64,000 nt of DNA from an uncultured Desulfatitalea sp. (lineage in GTDB: Bacteria > Desulfobacterota > Desulfobacteria > Desulfobacterales > Desulfosarcinaceae): contig CAXXMB010000002.1 in NCBI GenBank assembly GCA_963668675.2, forward strand, positions 480,001 through 544,000, read 5' to 3'. Position numbers and translations under genes: made by a program. Under the pieces are notes generated by a model. The model made no database searches. It was not told the origin of the DNA and worked only from the letters and a program-made list of their open reading frames with translations. Positions 27,073-38,737 of the stretch are shown in pieces (position 1 is the first letter of the stretch; every line of letters starts with the position of its first letter).

Positions 27073-28122
27073 ATGTCACCAAACAAGGTCATCCCCGGAT
27101 TCGAGCCTATTATCGGGCAACAATCTCCAATACGGATTCTACAACGTTTTTTGCGTCGGGCTGCCGTGCCCCACGCCCTCCTGTTTACGGGCATCGATGG
27201 CATCGGCAAGCGATCCACGGCCAGAGCGATCGCCATGGCACTGAACTGCAGCAACGGCGCTAAAAGCGTTGCGGAGGGCCCGGCGGCAGCATTCGACCAG
27301 CCATGCCGGCAATGCACCTTCTGCCGCCGGGTGATCGACGCCAAGCATCCGGACGTCATCGAAATGGCACCCCGCAAAGGCATCCTGCGAATTGACCAGA
27401 TTCGCGCGCTGCTCGCCACACTGGCCATGAAACCGTTCAGCGCTGCTTGCCGGGTGGTTATTATCGGCGAGGCCCACACGATGAACCGTGAGGCCGGCAA
27501 TGCACTCTTGAAAATTCTGGAGGAACCGCCGAGAGGCACGATCCTGATCCTCACTGCCCGACAGCGCTCCGATCTGTTGCCCACGATCGTATCGCGCTGC
27601 CGCCATATCCGCTTCAATCCGCTAACGACAGACGCTATCGCCGCTCTGCTCGCCCAAGAGAGGGGGTTGGACGAAACCTCATCGAAAACCCTTGCCAAAG
27701 CGGCCGGCGGAAGTTACACCAGAGCCTTGAGTCTGGCGCAGGGAGGATGGCGCAAACGCCGCGATTGGCTGATCCGCGCGGCCGGTCTGGACCGGAGCGA
27801 TCGTCTGGACCGCTTGGCCTCGGCCCTGGCGTTGGCGTTCGCCTTCGAATTGGCGAAGGATAAGGAGCGCATTGACGAAGACCTGGAGACCATGAAGGCC
27901 TGGATAAGAGACCTGGCCGTTTGGCCTTTCTATCCCCAAAATGTCATCAATGGCGATCGAAGTGAGACGCTGCAGCAGGTGCGGCAGCACCTCAGTGACC
28001 GGCAGTTGATGGAAATGTGGGAAACGCTTGAAAAGGCACAAAAAGATATTGCAGGCAATGCGAACTTGAGATTAACGTTAGATGTAATGGCCCTACGAAT
28101 GGCGGGCTTGCAGGCCGCTTAG
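27073..28122 (+). CDS. holB: DNA polymerase III subunit delta'
   Basis: HALLFTG, Zn cysteines, HPD, NALLKILEEPP and TIVSRC. Confidence 0.93.
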   Translation: MSPNKVIPGFEPIIGQQSPIRILQRFLRRAAVPHALLFTGIDGIGKRSTARAIAMALNCSNGAKSVAEGPAAAFDQPCRQCTFCRRVIDAKHPDVIEMAPRKGILRIDQIRALLATLAMKPFSAACRVVIIGEAHTMNREAGNALLKILEEPPRGTILILTARQRSDLLPTIVSRCRHIRFNPLTTDAIAALLAQERGLDETSSKTLAKAAGGSYTRALSLAQGGWRKRRDWLIRAAGLDRSDRLDRLASALALAFAFELAKDKERIDEDLETMKAWIRDLAVWPFYPQNVINGDRSETLQQVRQHLSDRQLMEMWETLEKAQKDIAGNANLRLTLDVMALRMAGLQAA

Positions 28123-28131
28123 GAGTGGTTT

Positions 28132-28941
28132 TTGAATATGGGAAAAACAATCGGTATACGATTTAAATCCGGAGGAAAAATTTACGATTTCGACTCTGGC
28201 GCATTTGTGCTTCAAATCGGCGACCCCGTGATCGTCGAAACGGAAAAGGGTCTCGGTTTCGGGACCGTGGCAAAGATACCCGGCACGGACAGCGAAAAAA
28301 AGAGTGGGGGCGGGCCGTCAAAGCCTCTGAAAAAAGTCCACCGCAAAGCCACCCAGGCCGATTTCGAGCAGCGGGAGAAGAACCGCGACCTGGAAAAAAG
28401 CGGCCACGCCTTCTGCATCAAAAGTATCAAAGAGCTCGGACTCGAGATGAACCTCTTTTCCGTTGAGGCCACATTCGATGCCAGCCGACTCACTTTCTTC
28501 TTCACAGCCGATGGACGCGTCGATTTTCGCCAGCTGGTCAAGATGCTCGTCAAGCAATTTCACGTGCGCATTGAGATGCGCCAGGTGGGCATCCGCAACC
28601 AGGCCAAAATGTGCGGCGGTCTTGGGCGGTGCGGTCGCGAATTCTGCTGCTCTACATTTATGGAGAAATTCGAGCCGGTCTCTATCCGCATGGCCAAAGA
28701 GCAGGGACTCTCGCTGAACCCCACGAAAATCTCCGGCCAATGCGGTCGTTTGATGTGCTGTCTGACGTTTGAAAACAAAATCTACAGGGAGCTCAAAACC
28801 AAATTCCCGGGTTTGGGTAAAGTGGTCAAAACCAAGGACCACAAAGGAAAAGTCATCCGTCTCAACTACTTCAAGGAGCGCATCTCCTTGCGTGTGGAGG
28901 ACGGAGAAGTCGAAATTGGATTGGATGAAATCATCAGATAG
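28132..28941 (+). CDS. ricT: PSP1-domain protein RicT/YaaT
   Basis: RVDFRQLVK, RIEMRQVG, GRCGREFCC and SGQCGRLMCCL motifs. Confidence 0.9.
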   Translation: MNMGKTIGIRFKSGGKIYDFDSGAFVLQIGDPVIVETEKGLGFGTVAKIPGTDSEKKSGGGPSKPLKKVHRKATQADFEQREKNRDLEKSGHAFCIKSIKELGLEMNLFSVEATFDASRLTFFFTADGRVDFRQLVKMLVKQFHVRIEMRQVGIRNQAKMCGGLGRCGREFCCSTFMEKFEPVSIRMAKEQGLSLNPTKISGQCGRLMCCLTFENKIYRELKTKFPGLGKVVKTKDHKGKVIRLNYFKERISLRVEDGEVEIGLDEIIR

Positions 28942-28998
28942 GCGTCGCCCGTAGCACTGTCATTCGGGCTGAAACCATCTTGTTTTTGGGAGAACAGC

Positions 28999-30927
28999 AT
29001 GTCCAAGCCGTTTTATATTACAACCCCCATCTACTATGTGAATGCACGGCCCCACCTGGGGCATGCCTATACAACCATCTGCGCCGATGTCATCAACCGC
29101 TACCACACGATGGTCACCGATGAGACCTTTTTTCTTACCGGTACGGATGAACACGGCGATAAAATCATGCGCGCCGCCAAAAAGGAGAACACGACACCGC
29201 GAGCCTATGTGGATAAAATCAGCGCCCTGTTTCGCGAACTGTGGCCCCAGATGAACATCTCCAACGACCACTTTGTCCGCACCACAGACAAATCGCACAT
29301 CGCGGTCGTCGAAGCGGTGCTGCAGAAAATTTACGACCAGGGAGACATCTACTTCAGCGAATACGAAGGCAAATACTGCTTCGGATGCGAACGCTTCTAC
29401 ACAGACCGTGAACTTGTGGATGGAAAGTGCCCGGACCACGAAACCGAACCGGAGATCATAAAAGAGTCCAACTACTTCTTCAAAATGAGTAAGTACCAAC
29501 AGTGGCTCATCGACCACATCCACGAACACCCGGACATGATCCGGCCGGAACGTTATAAAAACGAGGTGCTGGCCTTCCTGCGCGAGCCGCTGGACGATCT
29601 GTGCATCTCGCGGCCCAAATCGCGCATCAAATGGGGCATCACCCTGCCCTTCGACAACGACTACGTCACCTATGTGTGGTTTGACGCCCTGATCAACTAC
29701 ATATCGGCCATCGGCTATCCCGATGGCCCACGGTTCAAAAAGTTCTGGCCGGTGGTGCAGCACATTGTGGCCAAGGATATTCTCAAACCCCATGGCATCT
29801 ATTGGCCCATCATGCTCAAAGCCGCCGGGCTGCCGATCTACACGCACCTCAACGTGCATGGCTATTGGAACATCGACCAGAGCAAAATGTCCAAAAGCCT
29901 GGGAAACGTGGTCGAGCCCCTGCAGTTGAAAAATGTTTATGGACTGGATGCATTCCGATTCTTTCTGATGCGCGATATGAATTTCGGGCTCGATGCCAGC
30001 TTCAACGAAGAGGCCCTGGTCACCCGAATCAATTCGGACCTGGCAAACGACCTGGGCAACCTCTTTTCCCGGGTGGTCACCATGGCGCACAAGTACTTCA
30101 AGGGGGTGGTGCCCGCGTCGGACCCGGCGACGGAAAACGAGCTGGCGCTGGACATGGAGGCCAGGGTGGTGCGCACCATCGAAACCTACCAGAGGGAGAT
30201 GGAGACGTTTGCCTTCCATAAGGCCCTGGCCGCCATTTGGGAATTCATCAACCGCATGAACAAGATTATCGACGTCACCGCCCCTTGGGAGCTGGCCAAA
30301 AGCAAAGCCTGCGCCCCCCAACTGCAGGCGGTGATCTACAACCTCCTGGAGGGGCTGCGCGTCATCTCGGGTTTGATCTACCCGATCATGCCTGAAACCG
30401 CCGCCACCATGCAAAAACACCTGGGGTGCGACCCTGAAGAAGACTTTCATAAGATGGAGAAAATTGCCGCTTGGAAAAGCCTCTCTCCCGGCACACAACT
30501 GCCCAAATCGCTAACGCTGTTTCCGCGTGTGGAAATCAAAAATGAGAAAACCCCGAGCAGTTTATCACCGGAGGCCAAAACCGTGCAGCCTGAATTGAAA
30601 CCCGAAATTACGATCGAGGATTTTTCACGCATCGATCTTCGCGTGGCCAAGGTGATTCGCGCCGAAGCGATCCCCCGCGCTAAAAAATTGCTGAAGCTGG
30701 AAGTGGATGTGGGCGAGCCGGAGCCACGCACCCTGGTGGCCGGCATTGCCGGCACCTATGCACCGGACGAACTGATCGGTATGCAGGTCATTGTGGTGGC
30801 CAACCTGAAGCCGGCAAAGTTGATGGGGGTACTCTCCAAGGGCATGCTTCTTGCTGCCAGTACGGAGAAGGAGCTGGCCACCCTCAGCGCGAGCAAAGCG
30901 ATGCCTCCGGGAACGCCGATCCGATAG
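28999..30927 (+). CDS. metG: Methionyl-tRNA synthetase
   Basis: TTPIYYVN, HLGH, YVWFDAL, KMSKS and a C-terminal tRNA-binding domain. Confidence 0.98.
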   Translation: MSKPFYITTPIYYVNARPHLGHAYTTICADVINRYHTMVTDETFFLTGTDEHGDKIMRAAKKENTTPRAYVDKISALFRELWPQMNISNDHFVRTTDKSHIAVVEAVLQKIYDQGDIYFSEYEGKYCFGCERFYTDRELVDGKCPDHETEPEIIKESNYFFKMSKYQQWLIDHIHEHPDMIRPERYKNEVLAFLREPLDDLCISRPKSRIKWGITLPFDNDYVTYVWFDALINYISAIGYPDGPRFKKFWPVVQHIVAKDILKPHGIYWPIMLKAAGLPIYTHLNVHGYWNIDQSKMSKSLGNVVEPLQLKNVYGLDAFRFFLMRDMNFGLDASFNEEALVTRINSDLANDLGNLFSRVVTMAHKYFKGVVPASDPATENELALDMEARVVRTIETYQREMETFAFHKALAAIWEFINRMNKIIDVTAPWELAKSKACAPQLQAVIYNLLEGLRVISGLIYPIMPETAATMQKHLGCDPEEDFHKMEKIAAWKSLSPGTQLPKSLTLFPRVEIKNEKTPSSLSPEAKTVQPELKPEITIEDFSRIDLRVAKVIRAEAIPRAKKLLKLEVDVGEPEPRTLVAGIAGTYAPDELIGMQVIVVANLKPAKLMGVLSKGMLLAASTEKELATLSASKAMPPGTPIR

Positions 30928-31000
30928 CGGATCGACATCGGGTAAGTTCAGTTAAAGAAACCTGCCGCCGCTCCCAAAAAGGTGGTAAGGGAATGACGAT

Positions 31001-32368
31001 ATGAAAAAACGCATGAGCGATCCGAAGCGACTGCCCAAAAGGCCCAGCTGGCGCGAGTACCAATACCAGCTGAAAAAGCCCGCCAAACATGTTCCCCGGC
31101 GACATCTGGTTCTCGCCCTCTCGGTGGTGTCGGCCCTGGTGATCTGCCTTTACATGGGCTGGCCATCCACCGGCGCCACCAATGTAGCCCCCACAGCATC
31201 GAAAATCGAACCCCTGACGGTTGCCGCGCCCTCATTGAGCAAGAAGGATGTTCAGGTGCTGCTCAGCAGCATCGAACCAAACGAACTGCTGGCCGAGGAG
31301 GTTCACATGCCCTTCAAAGGGCAGGCCTTTACAGTGGAAACCAATCTGGACAAAACACTCCATTCGCGACTGCTCGATGCCATGGATCGCAAAAACTCCC
31401 GCTACATCGGCATTGTGGTCATGGAACCCAAGAGCGGCCGCATCCTGGCCATGGCCGGATTCGACAAAACCGATCCCGGGGCCAACCCCTGCCTTCGCAG
31501 CACATTTCCCGCCGCCAGCCTCTTTAAAATCGTAACGGCTGCGGCGGCGGTCGACCAGTGCGGCTACTCGGGTAAAACCTTGGTCCGATTCAATGGCTAT
31601 AAGCATACGCTCTACAAAAACCAGCTCAAAGAGGTCAACAACCGCTATACGCACACCATCTCCTTCGGGGCCTCCTTCGCCCAATCGATCAATCCGGTCT
31701 TTGGCAAGCTGGGGCAGCTCTACCTGGGCAAACGGACACTGGAAGAGTACGGTCTTGGGTTTGGCTTCAACCAACCTCTCGACTTTGAACTGCCCGTTGC
31801 TCCCAGCAATCTGGTGATTCATGAAAGACCGTATCATTGGGCGGAGATTGCGTGTGGATTCAATGTCGAAACCACCATCTCTCCCCTTCACGCCGCCGTC
31901 ATGGCCGCCTCGGTTCTCAATCGGGGACGCATGATTCCGCCCACCCTGGTAGAGCGCATTGTGGACGACGACGGTCGTGAAATCTACCGCGCCCAAGCCT
32001 CCTGGGAGCAGCGAGCCATGACCACCAGAGCCTCCACCGTTTTGGCCGAGATGATGGAAAAAACGGTTCAATCGGGAACCGCACGGAAACTGTTCAGGGG
32101 AAGCAAACGCGACCCGATCCTGTCGCGCCTGCGCATTGGCGGCAAGACCGGATCGATCTTCAATCGTAAACATGATGCCCGCTTCGACTGGTTTATCGGT
32201 TTCGCCCAAGAGAAAGAGGGACCGTCACAGCTCGTCGTGGCAGCGCTGGTGGCCCATGAGGAATACATCGGCATCCGGGCCGGTACCTACGCCCGCATGG
32301 CCATGAAACACTATTTTCGAGAGCAGTTGGCGCAGCACAAAGAAGCGGCTGTCCGCTCGAACAGCTAA
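31001..32368 (+). CDS. Penicillin-binding protein, transpeptidase domain with TM anchor
   Basis: SLFK (SxxK), SIN (SxN) and KTG motifs. Confidence 0.9.
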   Translation: MKKRMSDPKRLPKRPSWREYQYQLKKPAKHVPRRHLVLALSVVSALVICLYMGWPSTGATNVAPTASKIEPLTVAAPSLSKKDVQVLLSSIEPNELLAEEVHMPFKGQAFTVETNLDKTLHSRLLDAMDRKNSRYIGIVVMEPKSGRILAMAGFDKTDPGANPCLRSTFPAASLFKIVTAAAAVDQCGYSGKTLVRFNGYKHTLYKNQLKEVNNRYTHTISFGASFAQSINPVFGKLGQLYLGKRTLEEYGLGFGFNQPLDFELPVAPSNLVIHERPYHWAEIACGFNVETTISPLHAAVMAASVLNRGRMIPPTLVERIVDDDGREIYRAQASWEQRAMTTRASTVLAEMMEKTVQSGTARKLFRGSKRDPILSRLRIGGKTGSIFNRKHDARFDWFIGFAQEKEGPSQLVVAALVAHEEYIGIRAGTYARMAMKHYFREQLAQHKEAAVRSNS

Positions 32369-32504
32369 CGCGACCGCCCCACATCCCTCTGGCCAATGCA
32401 TTCCCTTTTGAGGATGGACAAGCTGCCGGATTCGTATTAAGTCGAATTCATGCCCTTTTCTATATTTAACCGCCCCGTGAAGCGGGGTCCAAAAGAGAGA
32501 GCCT

Positions 32505-33698
32505 ATGCCCGGTTTTGAAATTTTTGGTGATGAAGAGCGTAAGGAGGTACAGGATGTGCTCGATACCGGCGTCCTGTTCCGCTATGGTTTCGATGCGACA
32601 CGACAGGGCCACTGGAAGGCCAAGACATTTGAACAGGAGCTGTGCCAACGCCTCGGCGTTGCCCATTGCCACCTGTGCAGCAGTGGTACTGCCGCCCTGA
32701 GCATCGCCCTGGCAGCGTGCGGCATCGGGGCCGGCGACGAGGTAATTGTACCACCCTTCACCTTTGTGGCGACCTTCGAGTCGATACTGGCTGCTGGCGC
32801 TATCCCTATCTTTGCCGACATCGACGACACCCTCTGTCTCGATCCTGAGGCCGTCGAATCCGCGTTGACCGAGCGGACCAAAGCGGTGGTGGTAGTGCAT
32901 ATGTGCGGTGCCATGGCGCGCATCGATCAGCTCCAGACGCTTTGCCGCGACAAAGGGGTGACGCTCATCGAAGACACCTGCCAATCGGTCGGCGCCTCGT
33001 TCAACGGCAAAGCCCTGGGGACCTTCGGCCAAATGGGATGTTTCTCCTTCGATCCAGTCAAGACGATCACCTGTGGTGAAGGCGGCGCCGTCATTACCGA
33101 CGACCCCAAGCTATATGAACTGTCCCACGCATTCGCCGACCACGGGCACGATCATATCGGAGACGACCGCGGTGCCGAAGGCCACCCGATCCTGGGATAC
33201 AACTATCGTATCAGCGAACTCAATGCGGCCGTCGGCCTGGCTCAACTGAGAAAGCTGGACGCCATTTTAGCCACCCAGCGCAGCCACAAAGCGGCCCTAA
33301 AGAGAGCCATGTCAGCCTTCACCGGGATCAGCTTCCGCCATCTGCCCGACGAGAACGGCGATTCCGCCACCTTTCTCAGCTTTATGATGCCCAGTGAGGA
33401 GAGCGCCCGGAAAACCGCCCGGGCGCTGAACGGCGCAGGTGTCGATGGCTGCTTCTACTGGTATGACAACAACTGGCACTACCATCGCAAATGGCAGCAC
33501 CTGAAACAGATGCAGGCGGCCGCCGACCTGCCCCTGAAGCTCAGTGCGCACTGCCCGAACTACAGCCGGATCGATCTTCCCGGTTCCGATGCCATCATGG
33601 CGCGTACGATCTCCATGCAGATCAAGCTTGGATGGGACGAGGGTCAACTCCAAACGCGTATCGATGCGATGCGCAAGGTGCTCCAGGAGACGGTGTAA
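32505..33698 (+). CDS. kdnA: 8-amino-3,8-dideoxy-manno-octulosonate (Kdo8N) transaminase, DegT/DnrJ family
   Basis: MPGFEIFG start, SGTAAL, SFDPVKTITCGEGG and DHGHDH.G.DRGAE.HP; paired with a kdnB-like gene. Confidence 0.85.
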   Translation: MPGFEIFGDEERKEVQDVLDTGVLFRYGFDATRQGHWKAKTFEQELCQRLGVAHCHLCSSGTAALSIALAACGIGAGDEVIVPPFTFVATFESILAAGAIPIFADIDDTLCLDPEAVESALTERTKAVVVVHMCGAMARIDQLQTLCRDKGVTLIEDTCQSVGASFNGKALGTFGQMGCFSFDPVKTITCGEGGAVITDDPKLYELSHAFADHGHDHIGDDRGAEGHPILGYNYRISELNAAVGLAQLRKLDAILATQRSHKAALKRAMSAFTGISFRHLPDENGDSATFLSFMMPSEESARKTARALNGAGVDGCFYWYDNNWHYHRKWQHLKQMQAAADLPLKLSAHCPNYSRIDLPGSDAIMARTISMQIKLGWDEGQLQTRIDAMRKVLQETV

Positions 33699-33732
33699 AA
33701 AGGACTGTTTTCAACACCGCAACATAATCTAA

Positions 33733-34839
<1,107 letters not shown>

Positions 34840-34911
34840 TTCGATCCGTCTCCGGAAAAAATGGTCACCTGATAAAGGGCAATTAACAGATCCATAAGGA
34901 GAAACGAATCA

Positions 34912-37900
34912 ATGCAATCCCTTAACGATCACACCGGCGGTTCCGCCGTCTCTCTTATTCGGCGGTTGCTGGCTTCGGCTGGATCCATAATGCGGCAGAA
35001 AATTTCCGCTCTCAACGCCCTCATGAACGCACCGCTATTCTGGGGCCGCTGCCCAAACCGCCATGCAGGAGCTGCCTGGATCTTCTTGCCACATGCACCA
35101 TACCGTCTCTGTTGCGGGTTGGCCGGTTTGATCAGCATCAAGCACGTCCATTCGCCCGATGGCCACCAAGAGGCCGCCTCATTTGAAAAGAGCGCAAACG
35201 CGATCCATTCCCGCAGCTTGAAAATGTGTGTCGACAGTGCGTTGGTTATTGCCGATGAATATCTTGGCGGCGATCAACTGCTCGAAACGATTTACAGCCA
35301 GGCATGCCTCTTGAAGCAGGAGGCGCCCTTCCTGCACCTATTCGCGCAGAAGGAGCAACAGGCAAGGATCGAAACGGTGTGCCAACAGTTGAACACGTTG
35401 GTCGAAGAGGAGGTGCAGGCACTCCAGAACCAAATCGGATATCTGGCTGCGGCCGATGCTGAAATCGTCGACCGACGCATCGAAAAAGTCAAAGACATTG
35501 CGTGGTGTCTAAAGGTTGAACTGATTGAAAACATTCATAAAACAATGAAATTGATGGCTGATGGCGAGCGTTCCCAATCGGCAGAGGCGATCAAGATCTT
35601 CCGCAACCTGAACACCGTGCTCAACAGTATCGACCGACTCGAAGTGCGCGGTCGCGACTCCGCAGGCATATCAATGCTCTTCCTGTTCAACGAAGAGACC
35701 TTCGCGTCCCTTGAGAAGGCCTGGACACAGGCGGACCTTTCCGATCAAATCGAATCGCGTTCGGCCAAGGAGACCCTGGGCAACCTCTCCGTTTCCATCC
35801 GGCAACACCCGGAAGCGGGTCTGACGGGGATGACGCTCACCTACAAGGTCGCAGCGGAGATCGGCCGCCTCGGAGACAACGTCTGCCAGCTGAGAGAAGC
35901 GATCACGTCAGACCCTGTTTTGCACCTGGCCGCCCGGCAACCCAATGTGTACCACACCGTCTCAGCCCACACGCGATGGGCATCGGTGGGCGCCATCACC
36001 ATTGCCAACTGCCATCCGGTGGACAACGCCACATGTGAAAAGAAGGATAGCGGTAAGGGAATGATTCACGCCTGCCTCAATGGCGATATCGACAACTACC
36101 TCTCCCTGAAACAACAGTGGGAACAGAGTGGCGGGGCCATCCCGGAAGAGATCACCACCGACACCAAGATCATTCCCCTGCAGATCGAATACTACCTGCG
36201 CCAGGGGCATCCGGTCGAGGAGGCCTTCCGGCTGGCGGTGAGCGATTTCGAAGGGTCCCATGCCATCGCCATGCACACCGACCTGGCACCCGGCAAATTC
36301 TTCCTGGCACAGCGCGGCAGCGGCCAGGCGGTCTTCGTTGGATTGGCCAAGGACCACTATCTGCCGACCTCCGAAGTGTATGGCTTTGTCGAGCAGACGT
36401 CGGACTACATCCGCCTCAACGGAGAGAAGATCGTGGAGGGTGTCAACGGCCCGACCCAAGGCCAGATCTTTATTCTCGACCAAAACAGCGCTGGAGGGCT
36501 GGACGGCATAACGGCCATGTACTATGACGGCACCGGCATCACCTTCACCGATGAAGAGGTTCAACATACCGAGATCACGTCGCGCGACATCGACCGCCAG
36601 AATTTCCCACACTACTTTCTCAAGGAGATATCCGAATCCCCCGTATCCGTCGAAAAGACCCTGCAAAACAGATGGAAGGTCGCCCAGGACAATCCCGGGC
36701 GCTACACCATCGCCCTGCCGGAAAGCGCTTTTCCGGAGCGGATTGTCCAGGCCCTGCTCGAAGACAAAATCCGCAGGATCTACTTTATCGGGCAGGGTAC
36801 GGCCGGCATCGCCGCCCAGGCCATCGGCAGCATCCTCGATTACTACCTCAACGAACCCTCGTTAAAAATCAGTGCTCTGAAAGCATCCGAACTGAGCGGT
36901 TTTCAGCTGGAAGAGCGCGATGACCGGCAGAGCATGGCCGATGCACTGGTGATCGCCATCAGCCAGTCGGGAACCACCACCGATACCAACCGGGCCGTCG
37001 ATATGGTCCGGGCGCGCGGCGCGCTGACCATGTGCATCGTCAATCGGCGGGATTCGGACCTGACCTTCAAGGTCGATGGGGTGGTCTACACCAGCAGTGG
37101 CAGGGATATCGAGATGTCGGTGGCCTCCACAAAAGCCTTCTATTCGCAGATTGTGGCCGGTGCCCTGATCAGTCTCAAGATCGCCGAAGCCAAAAAGCGG
37201 CGACCTCCGGAGTTCATTACAGAGGAGATCAAAGCCCTGCTGTCTCTTCCCGATCAGATGCGCCAAGTGCTTACCCTAGGAGAACAGATTCGAAGTTCAG
37301 CTGAAAGGCTGGCCCCGGCCCGCACCTACTGGGCCGCCGTCGGCAGCGGCCCCAACAAATCTGCTGCTGATGAAATCCGCATCAAACTCAGTGAACTTTG
37401 CTATAAAACCATTTCGTCGGACTATGTGGAAGACAAGAAGCACATCGACCTCTCCTCTGAACCGTTGATCATCATATGCGCCGCCGGCGCCGGCAGTACA
37501 GTGATCGGGGACATCGTCAAGGACACGGCCATCTTCAAGGCGCACAAAGCCGCGCCGGTGGTGATCACGGACGAGGGCGAAAGCCGCTTCGACGGCTATG
37601 CCGAAGACATCTTTCAGGTCCCCGGTATACCGGCCCATCTGGCCCCGATTCTCAACACCCTGGTCGGCCACCTGTGGGGATACTACGCCGCACTGGCCAT
37701 CAACAATGGGTCCGGCTTTCTGCACCAGTTCAGGGAAGATGTCAAAGAGACGGTGGACCGATATGCTCAGGACGGCCTGGATGTCTACGAAGTGGTTCTC
37801 GAAAAACGCTTCCGCGAGCAGGTGGCCGAATTCTACGCTGAATTCCGCCGACGTCTCACCAATGGCAAACTGCCCAGCACCATCGGGCACGCGGCTGATC

Positions 37901-38697
37901 TGCTGCTGCTGCTCAAATACCTGACAGGGCGTCTGCCCGTGGCCGACTTCGAACTCGACTTCGGCAAACGCGGTACCGCCTTGAACATGCTCAACAGCCT
38001 GTTCGAGTTCCTGGGTAAATCGATCAATGGCATGTCGCGTCCCGTGGATGCCATCAAACACCAGGCCAAAACCGTTACTGTGGGTACCAGCCGGATCAGC
38101 GAGAAGATTGAAGGCATTCTTTTCGACACCCTGGCCAACCACGACATCAGCATCGGCCAACTGATCAACCGCAATATCCTGGTGCTCAAAAACCTCCAGC
38201 ATATCGTTGCGGAGATAAAAGGGTCCATCCTGTATAAAATCGGCAATCTCAGTGTACTGGGTGAACCCACAGAAGAGACGACGATTGAAATCATTCAGAA
38301 AACCGGTGTGCTGGAACCCCTCACCTCACGGGTTGAAAACGACAAGCGTCTCAAGGGCACCAAGCGAATTATCGTGGGCCAGGGCAATGTCTACATCGGC
38401 AAAGGCCGCAAGGATGACCGCAGTATTCTGCTCATTCCGGCCTTCTCCACCGCCCCGGGGGCAACCAACCGCATCGAAGAGTTGCTGCTGCTAAACATCG
38501 GATTCCATGAAAATGTACCGCTGCCGCAGAAGGTCAAAGCACTCGGCGGCAAATACGAGCACATCAAAAACATTGTCCATGAAAACAGCGTCCCGTGGGA
38601 AGACAAACATCTCGAATTGATTCCCATGGAAGATCTATTCGGCCGATCCGCGGAGAAGATCGGGGAGACCATCGTCTCCCTGCTGCCCAAGGAATAA
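34912..38697 (+). CDS. Giant GlmS-like protein (class II glutamine amidotransferase + two SIS domains + extensions)
   Basis: CGLAG, RGRDSAG, HTRWAS, NCHP, NGDIDN, SQSGTT.DT, VASTKAF and AKTVTVG. Confidence 0.85.
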   Translation: MQSLNDHTGGSAVSLIRRLLASAGSIMRQKISALNALMNAPLFWGRCPNRHAGAAWIFLPHAPYRLCCGLAGLISIKHVHSPDGHQEAASFEKSANAIHSRSLKMCVDSALVIADEYLGGDQLLETIYSQACLLKQEAPFLHLFAQKEQQARIETVCQQLNTLVEEEVQALQNQIGYLAAADAEIVDRRIEKVKDIAWCLKVELIENIHKTMKLMADGERSQSAEAIKIFRNLNTVLNSIDRLEVRGRDSAGISMLFLFNEETFASLEKAWTQADLSDQIESRSAKETLGNLSVSIRQHPEAGLTGMTLTYKVAAEIGRLGDNVCQLREAITSDPVLHLAARQPNVYHTVSAHTRWASVGAITIANCHPVDNATCEKKDSGKGMIHACLNGDIDNYLSLKQQWEQSGGAIPEEITTDTKIIPLQIEYYLRQGHPVEEAFRLAVSDFEGSHAIAMHTDLAPGKFFLAQRGSGQAVFVGLAKDHYLPTSEVYGFVEQTSDYIRLNGEKIVEGVNGPTQGQIFILDQNSAGGLDGITAMYYDGTGITFTDEEVQHTEITSRDIDRQNFPHYFLKEISESPVSVEKTLQNRWKVAQDNPGRYTIALPESAFPERIVQALLEDKIRRIYFIGQGTAGIAAQAIGSILDYYLNEPSLKISALKASELSGFQLEERDDRQSMADALVIAISQSGTTTDTNRAVDMVRARGALTMCIVNRRDSDLTFKVDGVVYTSSGRDIEMSVASTKAFYSQIVAGALISLKIAEAKKRRPPEFITEEIKALLSLPDQMRQVLTLGEQIRSSAERLAPARTYWAAVGSGPNKSAADEIRIKLSELCYKTISSDYVEDKKHIDLSSEPLIIICAAGAGSTVIGDIVKDTAIFKAHKAAPVVITDEGESRFDGYAEDIFQVPGIPAHLAPILNTLVGHLWGYYAALAINNGSGFLHQFREDVKETVDRYAQDGLDVYEVVLEKRFREQVAEFYAEFRRRLTNGKLPSTIGHAADLLLLLKYLTGRLPVADFELDFGKRGTALNMLNSLFEFLGKSINGMSRPVDAIKHQAKTVTVGTSRISEKIEGILFDTLANHDISIGQLINRNILVLKNLQHIVAEIKGSILYKIGNLSVLGEPTEETTIEIIQKTGVLEPLTSRVENDKRLKGTKRIIVGQGNVYIGKGRKDDRSILLIPAFSTAPGATNRIEELLLLNIGFHENVPLPQKVKALGGKYEHIKNIVHENSVPWEDKHLELIPMEDLFGRSAEKIGETIVSLLPKE

Positions 38698-38737
38698 GCC
38701 CCTATACCATGAGAGAACCACAGAAAGAGATCGACCG

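Noticed and set aside
28960..30498. 512-aa minus-strand ORF
   Set aside because: Antisense shadow of metG.
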